Assembly: GCA_036495305.1 (NCBI GenBank)
Contig: DASXNB010000004.1
Coordinates: forward strand, 1,690 to 65,689
DNA from: Solirubrobacteraceae bacterium
Lineage (GTDB): Bacteria; Actinomycetota; Thermoleophilia; Solirubrobacterales; Solirubrobacteraceae
Reading direction: 5' to 3'
DNA length: 64,000 bases
Positions 30,091 through 38,014 of the stretch are shown piece after piece. Both the position numbers and the translations under genes were made by a program. The notes under the pieces were generated by a model. The model did no database searches and was not told where the DNA came from. It was given only the letters and a program-made list of their open reading frames with translations. The first letter of the stretch is position 1, and the number at the start of each line of letters is the position of its first letter.

Positions 30091-30870
30091 CTACCCGGCT
30101 CTGGCGGTGGCCGGGGAGAAACGCCAGGCCGCGGGCCGCAGCTGTCCGAGGCGCCGCGCGACGAGCGCGGAGGCGCCCGCGGTGAGCGCGCCGAGGATTG
30201 CGTCGAGGACGAAGTGGTTGGCGGTGGCGATGATGACGAAGGCGATGAGCAGCGGGTAGAGCCGCCACAGGACACGCGCTATGAGAGTGCGCGAGAGCGA
30301 GGCCAGCGGCCAGCCGATCATGATCGCGAAGGCGACGTGCATCGAGGGGACCGCCGCATAGGGGTTGAAGAGCGTGTTCATCGATGCGCTGGCGTGCGAG
30401 ACGTGGACCCCGGTGAGGTCGGATACCGAGTCGATGAAGCCCCACTCCGGTAGGAAGCGCGGGGGGGCGGTGGGGAAGACGGCGTAGCCCACGAGTGCGA
30501 TGAGCATGGCGACGGCGAACATGTTGCGCACGAAGTAGAAGGAGCGGTTGTGGCGCATGTAGAGGTAGATGAGCGCCGCGAGGGTGATCGAGGTTTGGGC
30601 ATTCACGTAGAGCCAGCTCGAGAAGTCCATGAGGGTGTGGCTGGAGGAGGCCCACGCCTGCACGGAGGGCTCCACGAATACGTGCAGGGTGCGCTCGATC
30701 TGGATCAGATCGCGGGCATGCTGGAAGGCGGCTGTGGCTTTGCCCTCGACCAGGCCCCGCACAAGCGAGTAGGCGCCGTAGGCGAGACCCACAAGTGCGA
30801 TTTGGCGCAACAAATCGAGCCATCCCTGCGGCAGCGCAAGCGCGCGCAGGGTCCTTAGCCGGGCTGCCAT
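30091..30870 (-). CDS. PAP2-superfamily membrane protein (Aur1/Ipt1-like PAP2_3 type)
   Basis: Multi-TM protein; PSMHVAFA and ANHFVLDAILG motifs. Confidence 0.65.
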   Translation of the reverse strand: MAARLRTLRALALPQGWLDLLRQIALVGLAYGAYSLVRGLVEGKATAAFQHARDLIQIERTLHVFVEPSVQAWASSSHTLMDFSSWLYVNAQTSITLAALIYLYMRHNRSFYFVRNMFAVAMLIALVGYAVFPTAPPRFLPEWGFIDSVSDLTGVHVSHASASMNTLFNPYAAVPSMHVAFAIMIGWPLASLSRTLIARVLWRLYPLLIAFVIIATANHFVLDAILGALTAGASALVARRLGQLRPAAWRFSPATARAG

Positions 30871-30879
30871 CGTGAAAGG

Positions 30880-32277
30880 TTAGCCCATGAAACGGTAGAG
30901 GCGCCAGTGTTGGGAGTGCCACAGCTCGCGCAAATAGGGCACTCCGCGCGCGACGAGCGCGCCCTCCAGGCGGCCGGCTTTGTCGAGGGGGGCGTCGGGG
31001 AGCGCCACGTATTGCACCCGGTTTTCAGACAGCCACGCGCGGTAGGCGGAGCGTGTGAGGGTGGGGGCGTAGAAGAGCGATGCGTAGCGGGTGTCGAGCT
31101 GGCGCTCCCAGCCGCGGGCCAGCTCGACACCGTCGTGGCCGGCTAGATAGGCGGCCTCCCAGTGGGCTTTGGTGAGGGGGACCTCGACGATCGTGTGGTT
31201 GCGCGCTCCTGCCTCGCCATTGGTTAGTTGCGCGGCGTCGAGGTGTTTCAACTCCGCGAGGAGGGGAGCGTAGTAGGAGGCGTGTACCGAAGGGTCGGAG
31301 GCGATCGAGTTGTAGTCGCGGATGGGGGTGACGAGTTGCCAGTAGAGCAGCGCGGGGGCCAGTGCCGCGAGCAGCGCGCGCGAGTGGCGGATCCCCCACG
31401 CACCGGCGCCGGCTGGGCTCTCCCACAGCACCCCGGCGAGCAGCGGCCCGGCGAAGAGTGGACCGAGGCGGGCGGCGTTGCCGCCCATGGGCGTGTGGAT
31501 GGCGAACGCGGCGATCAGGGCAAGCGCATAGAGGGTGGCGCCCGCGCGTACGGCCCTCCGTCCGCGGGGGCTGAGCGGGCCCTGGGGGTAGAGCAGCGCG
31601 ATCAGCGCGACGCCGGCGAGGGCAGGCCAGAAGGCTGAGGGGGCGAAGGGCTCGTATCCCCCCTCGGGGTAGGCGAGGGTGAGGATCAGAATCGGTGTCA
31701 GAGCGGCGCCGGCGAGGGCGAGGCCGTGCTTTCTGTTCGCGACGGCGTAGGCGAGTCCGGCGAGGGCGAGAAAAGCTCCCGCGACCGGGCTTGCGATGCT
31801 GGTGAGGAGGGCGAGCCCGAGTGCGGTGGCGAGTTGGCGGTGCATCAGGGCGAGCACGGAGCCGAGCCCGACCGCGAGGCCAAGGTCGAACGGGACGCGC
31901 CCCGAGAGAAGTCCGACGGAGACGCCAAGCGCGAACCAGGCGGCGGACACGCGGGCCGCACGTGGGGGGAAGGCGCGGCTCGCGATGAGCGCGAACACGA
32001 CGCTCGCGGCTAGCGCCGAGCAGGCGAGCAGTACACGTACACCAACCAGTGCTCCCAGCGCCGGTGAGAGCAGCGAGTAGCCCGGGAGGTAGTGGCCGTG
32101 CGCGGCATACCAACCCGTGTCCCACGTGGAGAAGCCGACACGCGCGAACAGGTTGCTCCTGTACGTGGCGGCGGCGAGATCTGCGGCCGGTGGTGCGAGG
32201 ATCAGGTAGAGCAGCGCCAGCGGAACCGCCACGAACAACGCCACGGCCCACGGCCTGACGGCGACCTTTAGGAACAT
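30880..32277 (-). CDS. Large polytopic membrane protein, possible GT-C type glycosyltransferase
   Basis: About 10 or more TM segments followed by a soluble C-terminal domain. The function is inferred from architecture and context only. Confidence 0.5.
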   Translation of the reverse strand: MFLKVAVRPWAVALFVAVPLALLYLILAPPAADLAAATYRSNLFARVGFSTWDTGWYAAHGHYLPGYSLLSPALGALVGVRVLLACSALAASVVFALIASRAFPPRAARVSAAWFALGVSVGLLSGRVPFDLGLAVGLGSVLALMHRQLATALGLALLTSIASPVAGAFLALAGLAYAVANRKHGLALAGAALTPILILTLAYPEGGYEPFAPSAFWPALAGVALIALLYPQGPLSPRGRRAVRAGATLYALALIAAFAIHTPMGGNAARLGPLFAGPLLAGVLWESPAGAGAWGIRHSRALLAALAPALLYWQLVTPIRDYNSIASDPSVHASYYAPLLAELKHLDAAQLTNGEAGARNHTIVEVPLTKAHWEAAYLAGHDGVELARGWERQLDTRYASLFYAPTLTRSAYRAWLSENRVQYVALPDAPLDKAGRLEGALVARGVPYLRELWHSQHWRLYRFMG

Positions 32278-32281
32278 CGGG

Positions 32282-32310
32282 TTGACACGCTAACAGTGGT
32301 CATGTATGTT
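32282..32310 (+). promoter_or_regulatory. Sigma-70-like promoter candidate (TTGACA-17-TATGTT)
   Basis: Consensus -35 with a 17-nt spacer and a 4/6 -10, in the AT-richer intergenic region facing the island operon. Confidence 0.35.
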
Positions 32311-32514
32311 TATAGATGTTCCATGTGCACAACGGGTGCGCTGGTGAATACATAAGGTCGGGTTTGGGTCGGTCTTCGTGGTCGACACCAACAGTATTGA
32401 CGGGGACCTTGGGAGAGGGACCGGGTCGTTCTTGAGAGGGAGTTGTTTTTCGCGTGCATTCGTTCGGGGATCATGTGTCTGAGAGTCCGTGTGTTTCTGG
32501 CGGGTCCTTTATAG

Positions 32515-32539
32515 GACGCGTCAGCGTCGCTGACGCGTC
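32515..32539. repeat. Perfect 25-bp palindrome GACGCGTCAGCG-T-CGCTGACGCGTC
   Basis: Read directly from the sequence; 12-nt arms with a single central nucleotide. Confidence 0.95.
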
Positions 32540-32560
32540 TCTCTCTCTCTCTCTCTCTCT
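32538..32560. repeat. (TC)11 dinucleotide microsatellite
   Basis: 23 nt, TCTC...T, overlapping the last 2 nt of the palindrome. It is 224 nt upstream of the operon start codon. Confidence 0.95.
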
Positions 32561-32783
32561 GGCCGAGCCGCCGAACAGGCGCTAGCGGCCTAAACCGCCG
32601 GGAAGAACCGCGCAGAGCCGGGCAGAACGCCCGTCTGAACGCACTTGCGCGCACCGCCGTTCGCGGCGATGCGCGTACCGCTCGTTGTAGTCGCGGCGCG
32701 TATATGTGCGCGACCCGTTTGTCCTTGCCCGCCGCACAGGCGCGGGTTTCGTGTGGCGTGCTCCTACAGGAGGGGATGATCTC

Positions 32784-35189
32784 GTGCTGAGCCTTGCAGA
32801 AGTGACCACCCGCAAGACAACCAGGCTGATGGCGCTGGTCGCAGCGGCACTCCTCGCGTTTGCCGCCCTCGCGACGCAATCGTGGGGAAGCGCGGGGTGT
32901 CACAACGAACAGTTCCGCACGGGGCTGGGAGCGAACCTTCCGGACTGCAGGGCATACGAGCAGGTGTCGCCGCAAGAAAAGAGCGCGGGCGGAGTGGACG
33001 GCGGACTGGCCGCCGCAACGCATCCGGGACCGGAGCAGGCCGCGGACAACGGTGAAAGCGTGACCTACGAGTCGCAGACCGCATTTGCGGGAGCCGACCC
33101 TCAGAGTGCGCTCCTGAGCAATCAATACATGTCGCGGCGTACCGCGAACGGCTGGAGCACAACCGCGATAACGCCGCCACAGGAACTTGAAAACGGCAAG
33201 ATCAACATCAGCCCGGGGAGCGTTTACTACTCGCTCTACCAGGGCTTCGGATCGAATCTCGAATACGGGTATCTCGTTGCCTCTAAGCCGGCACCGGTGA
33301 AAAGCGCTCCCGCGGGTTACTCGATGCCCTATCTGCACAACAACTTCAGCGGCAAGTATGCGCTTTTGGCCGAAACCGCTCCGCCGGTCGTGGCGCCTCT
33401 GCCAGGGACCTGCTGTAGGGGTCTCAAAACGAACTACCAGGGTATGACCGCCGATGGAAGCCATGTGATTTTCGAAGCCAATGACGCGCTCGTACCCGGC
33501 GCGTTTGAAGGAAACGAGAATCTCTACGAGTGGAATGAAGGAACATTGGAACTCGTCAACGTTCTTCCAAATGGAGCGGTTGAACTCGGCAGATTCGGTA
33601 TGAACGGTTGGGAAAAATTTCCACCCGAACTCACCAACAACGCTCTTTCGAGGGACGGTAAGCGTGCGTTTTGGTCGACTAACAACGGCGAAGGCACCAA
33701 AGGCCAAGTTTACATGCATGAAATCACTCCTTCCGGACCTCGCACGGTAGACATTTCCGCTACCCAGAAGACAAATGGAAGCGGACCCGAAGGACACGAT
33801 CCGGGCGGAACGGGGCAGGCGCAATACTGGGCCGCAAACGCCGAAGGGACTCTTGTCTACCTGACCAGCCCGGAGCAGCTCACAAACGAAGCAACGGCGT
33901 CATATCGGCCTTTGCAGTTCGTGACAGGGACCAGCCCGGCCATCGAAGGCGATCTGTACCAGTACAACGTGGGAACCGGGAAACTGACAGATCTGACCGT
34001 CGATGAAAACACAGGCGAAAGAGCCGGTGTGCAGGGCGTCATCGGCGCGAGCGAAGACGGCTCCTACGTGTACTTTGCCGCCAAAGGCGTGCTCGCGAAT
34101 GGTGCGGTGGCCACCTCGTCAAACGACCTCAGGGCGGCAAATATCTACGTTTGGCACGACGGCGAAATCAAATTCATTGGTACTACCGACGCCCACAGCC
34201 AGTATCTCTTTGGCGAAGACGAGGAGTGGGGCTCAGCAGCAGGCGAGGTTGGCGCCCGCGTGAGTCCGAACGGAAAGTATCTCGCGTTTACATCGGTGTC
34301 GCAGTTCGGCAGTCACAATACGGAACCGGCGACTTCCCAAGCCTGTGTGCCGAAGGTGGGTGAGGAAGCCATCCTCAACTACCTCAATTACTTCACCAAC
34401 AACGGCAAACGATGCACGCAAGTGTACGTTTACGACGCCGCCACGGCCGAACTCACCTGTGCCTCATGCGCGCCCGCTGGACTTCCGTCAACGGGCGACT
34501 CTTATGTGCCGCACGGGATCGGACTTGAACCGGTGCCTGGATGGCAGGAGTCCAGCGATCAGCAGCGCTACCTCTCGAGCGACGGACGCCTCTTCTTCGA
34601 GAGCTCTGCCGGATTGGTGGCCGGCGATACGAACGGAAACGAGGACGTATACGAGTGGGAGCCGGCGGGTGTGGGCGGGTGCTCGGGTGCAAGGCCGTGT
34701 CTGAGCCTCATATCCGGTGGGGTCAGTGCACGCGAATCGCAGTTCGTGGACGCCAACGCCACGGGCAGCAACGTCTTTTTCATAACCTTTGACCAGCTCG
34801 CCGGCAGCGACGGCGACGAACATCAGGACCTCTACGATGCGCGTGTCGACGGCGGATTTGTGGCGCCGCTGGCTCCCCCCTGTCAGGGCGAAGTATGCAG
34901 GTCGGCGGTCACGCCCGCTCCGGCGATCTACGGGGCGCCCACAAGCCAGGCGTTTAGCGGTGTTGGCAACCCTTACAACGAAGCGTTTGCCCCCAAGAGC
35001 GTAAAGAAGGTGAAGGGCGCCAAGTCGAAGATCGAGACAAAGCGGCGCACCGCCGCGCTGAAGCGCTGCCAAAAGATGAAAACCATCAGCCAGAGAAAGC
35101 GCTGCAAGCAACGCGTAAACAGTAAGTCCGCAAAGAACGCGCGGACCGGGCATGGACACGGCAAGCAGGGTAACGGGAGGGGCAAGTGA
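32784..35189 (+). CDS. Secreted PD40/TolB-like beta-propeller protein with polybasic C-terminal tail
   Basis: GTG start 10 nt after AGGAGG; signal peptide LMALVAAALLAFAALATQSWG. Seven blade-like units (SxDG...F ... (D/N)xYx(W/Y): ENLYEW, GQVYMH, GDLYQY, ANIYVW, TQVYVY, EDVYEW, QDLYDA). K/R-rich last roughly 64 aa. Confidence 0.75.
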   Translation: MLSLAEVTTRKTTRLMALVAAALLAFAALATQSWGSAGCHNEQFRTGLGANLPDCRAYEQVSPQEKSAGGVDGGLAAATHPGPEQAADNGESVTYESQTAFAGADPQSALLSNQYMSRRTANGWSTTAITPPQELENGKINISPGSVYYSLYQGFGSNLEYGYLVASKPAPVKSAPAGYSMPYLHNNFSGKYALLAETAPPVVAPLPGTCCRGLKTNYQGMTADGSHVIFEANDALVPGAFEGNENLYEWNEGTLELVNVLPNGAVELGRFGMNGWEKFPPELTNNALSRDGKRAFWSTNNGEGTKGQVYMHEITPSGPRTVDISATQKTNGSGPEGHDPGGTGQAQYWAANAEGTLVYLTSPEQLTNEATASYRPLQFVTGTSPAIEGDLYQYNVGTGKLTDLTVDENTGERAGVQGVIGASEDGSYVYFAAKGVLANGAVATSSNDLRAANIYVWHDGEIKFIGTTDAHSQYLFGEDEEWGSAAGEVGARVSPNGKYLAFTSVSQFGSHNTEPATSQACVPKVGEEAILNYLNYFTNNGKRCTQVYVYDAATAELTCASCAPAGLPSTGDSYVPHGIGLEPVPGWQESSDQQRYLSSDGRLFFESSAGLVAGDTNGNEDVYEWEPAGVGGCSGARPCLSLISGGVSARESQFVDANATGSNVFFITFDQLAGSDGDEHQDLYDARVDGGFVAPLAPPCQGEVCRSAVTPAPAIYGAPTSQAFSGVGNPYNEAFAPKSVKKVKGAKSKIETKRRTAALKRCQKMKTISQRKRCKQRVNSKSAKNARTGHGHGKQGNGRGK

Positions 35190-38014
35190 TGCGGAGGGCG
35201 CTGACAGCATCGATCATGGTAGTTGCGGCTGCGCTGGCTGTGGCCGCACCGGCGTTGGCTGGGTTCGGCCTGGCCGAAGAACACGGGTTCGAAGTCTCGA
35301 TTACCAACCAGGACGGCACACCCGACACGCAGGCGGGTTCGCATCCCTTTGCGTTTACCACGACACTCAATTTGAACACCGAAGGCACTGGAGGCAAGAT
35401 TCACGCGGCGGGCGGGGACGTGCGGGATGCAGTGCTGGATCTTCCGCCCGGTCTCGTGGGTGACACCAGTGCGGTTCCGACATGCTCGATTGCTGCTTTC
35501 ACGAAGACGGAACTCAACTTCGGTGACAGCCACCCTTGCCCCGACGATACGCAGGTGGGGGTGATAAATCTCCAGCTCAACGGTTTTCCACCGGCAGAGC
35601 CGGTGTACAGCTTGACGCCTCCCAAGGGCGATCCGGCAGAGTTCGGGTTCATCGCGCTGACCTCACCGGTGGTCATAGTGCCCTCCGTGCGGACGGGCCG
35701 CGACTATGGCGTGAGTGCCACGGTCCCAACGATTCCCGAGGCCTTCTCGATGGTGAAAGCCGAACTGACGCTCTGGGGCGTGCCGGGCGACCCCGCGCAC
35801 AACGAAGAACGGGGAGGGTGCTTGAAAGAATTCGTGGAAGAACCCAACGAAGGCGAATGTCCCGTCAGCAACGCGCCGCGTCCGTTCTTGAGCCTGCCGA
35901 CCTCATGCACAGGTCCGCTTCATTGGTCTGCACGGGTGGATTCTTGGGAAGAACCCGGCGTTTGGAAGACAGCGGAAACGACCACTCCCGGTATGACGGG
36001 TTGCGAGAGGATCGGCTTCGCTCCGAACCTTCAGGTGCAAGCCGAACCGGCCGAGGCGGCCTCGCCGAGCGGGTTGAGCGTTCAGATCAATGTGCCACAG
36101 ACGTACGAAGACCCGTCCGGCCTGGCGTCGGCGAACCTCAAGGACACGACCGTGACGTTGCCCGCGGGTGTGGCACTGAATCCGTCGGCGGCCGACGGTC
36201 TGGCGGCTTGCGGCGAAGCGCAAATGGGCCTGCACGACGCGGCGCCGGCGCAGTGCCCTAATGCGTCGAAGGTGGGCACGGTTGAAATCACGACGCCATT
36301 GTTGGGACATCCGTTCTCGGGCGGTGTGTACCTGGCACAGCAGGGCAACCTGCCCGGCAACGGCAGCAACCCGTTCGGTTCGCTGCTGGCGATCTATATC
36401 GCCGCGGAAGATCCGATCTCGGGTGTGATCGTGAAGCTCGCGGGCGAAGTCAAACCTGATCCCGCCACCGGGCAGCTGGTCACGACTTTCCTTGACAATC
36501 CGCAGCTGCCGTTTGACAGCTTGAAGCTGAGCTTTTTCGGCGGGCCGCGCGCGCCGCTTACCACACCGACATTCTGCGGATCGTATGCGGCGACTACGCA
36601 GATGACGCCGTGGAGCGGCGGCGCATCCGCTACGCCGGGGGGCTATTTCACCATCGCCTCCGGACCGGCCGGCTCGGGGTGCTTGAGCTCGGAAGCGTTC
36701 ACGCCGTCGTTGGTGGCGGGTACGACCAGCAACCAGGCCGGCGCGTTTACGCCCTTTACGTTGACGATGAATCGCAACGACGGCGAACAGAACCCGTCGC
36801 GTATCCAGGTCACCACGCCGCCGGGTTTGTTGGGGCAACTCTCCGGCGTAACGCTGTGCGGGGAACCGGCGGCGAGGCTCGGGACGTGCGCTGCGGAGAG
36901 TTTGATCGGACACACGACGGTGGCCGTAGGTGCAGGCAGCAACCCGTTCTATGTCACGGGCAACGTGTACCTGACGGGGGGCTACAACGGCGCGCCGTAC
37001 GGGTTGTCGTTTGTGGTTCCGGCTATAGCGGGACCGTTGAACCTGGGTACGGTGGTGGTCCGCGCGGCAGTCGATGTCGATCCTACGACGGCTGCGTTGA
37101 CGGTCACAAGCGAACCGCTGCCGCAGATCCTGCAGGGTATTCCCTTGCACATCAGGGCGGTGAACGTGACGCTCGACCGGCACGATTTTATCATCAATTC
37201 AACGAATTGCGCGCCTATGGCGCTGCGAACGACGATGACCGGCGCGCTGGGCGGCGTCGACACGGTCGAGACGCACCTGCAGGTGACCAACTGTGCGGTG
37301 CTTGGGTTCAAGCCGCAATTCCACCCCTTTGTTTCCGGGCGTAACTCGCGTCAACGCGGCGCCGCCCTCGACGCGCGCTTGAGCTATCCCAAGGGCGCGG
37401 AGGGCAGGGAGGCCAACATCGCGAAGGTGCGGGTTGAACTGCCAAAGCAACTGCCATCGCGGCTGGAAACGCTTCAGAAGGCGTGCCTCGACGGTGTCTT
37501 CAACCGCAATCCCGCGGAATGCCCCGCGGCTTCGCGCGTCGGGATCGCGCGAGCCAGGACGCCGGTGCTGCCGGTGGAGCTGGAAGGCACCGTGTTCTTC
37601 GTATCCCACGGCGGCGCGAAGTTCCCCGACCTCGTGGTGGTCCTCCAGGGATACGGCGTTCGTGTAGATCTGGTCGGCAGCACGTTCATCAGCTCCGCGG
37701 GTGTCACCAGCACCACGTTCGAACAGGTCCCGGATGTGCCCGTGGAAAGCTTCGAGCTGTATTTGCCACAAGGCCGTTATTCGGCGCTCGCCGCCAACGG
37801 GAACCTCTGCAAGCACCTAAACATGCTGATGCCTACGGACTTCCAGGCGCAGAACGGCAAGACGATTCACCAGTCCACACGGATCAAGGTCACCGGGTGC
37901 GCGGCAAAGTCAGCGCGCAGCGCGCGTCTGCGTCATCAACAGCAGAAATACCGAGGCAAAAACGGTCGGACAGCCAGTCACGGTCGTACCGCCGACAAGA
38001 GGGGGCACCGATGA
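35189..38014 (+). CDS. Secreted 941-aa protein of unknown family, basic C-terminal tail
   Basis: ATG overlaps the upstream TGA (TGATG); a GTG at 35186 is also possible. [10 protein letters not shown]; signal peptide ...AVAAPALA. I recognise no motif from a characterised family. Confidence 0.75.
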   Translation: MRRALTASIMVVAAALAVAAPALAGFGLAEEHGFEVSITNQDGTPDTQAGSHPFAFTTTLNLNTEGTGGKIHAAGGDVRDAVLDLPPGLVGDTSAVPTCSIAAFTKTELNFGDSHPCPDDTQVGVINLQLNGFPPAEPVYSLTPPKGDPAEFGFIALTSPVVIVPSVRTGRDYGVSATVPTIPEAFSMVKAELTLWGVPGDPAHNEERGGCLKEFVEEPNEGECPVSNAPRPFLSLPTSCTGPLHWSARVDSWEEPGVWKTAETTTPGMTGCERIGFAPNLQVQAEPAEAASPSGLSVQINVPQTYEDPSGLASANLKDTTVTLPAGVALNPSAADGLAACGEAQMGLHDAAPAQCPNASKVGTVEITTPLLGHPFSGGVYLAQQGNLPGNGSNPFGSLLAIYIAAEDPISGVIVKLAGEVKPDPATGQLVTTFLDNPQLPFDSLKLSFFGGPRAPLTTPTFCGSYAATTQMTPWSGGASATPGGYFTIASGPAGSGCLSSEAFTPSLVAGTTSNQAGAFTPFTLTMNRNDGEQNPSRIQVTTPPGLLGQLSGVTLCGEPAARLGTCAAESLIGHTTVAVGAGSNPFYVTGNVYLTGGYNGAPYGLSFVVPAIAGPLNLGTVVVRAAVDVDPTTAALTVTSEPLPQILQGIPLHIRAVNVTLDRHDFIINSTNCAPMALRTTMTGALGGVDTVETHLQVTNCAVLGFKPQFHPFVSGRNSRQRGAALDARLSYPKGAEGREANIAKVRVELPKQLPSRLETLQKACLDGVFNRNPAECPAASRVGIARARTPVLPVELEGTVFFVSHGGAKFPDLVVVLQGYGVRVDLVGSTFISSAGVTSTTFEQVPDVPVESFELYLPQGRYSALAANGNLCKHLNMLMPTDFQAQNGKTIHQSTRIKVTGCAAKSARSARLRHQQQKYRGKNGRTASHGRTADKRGHR

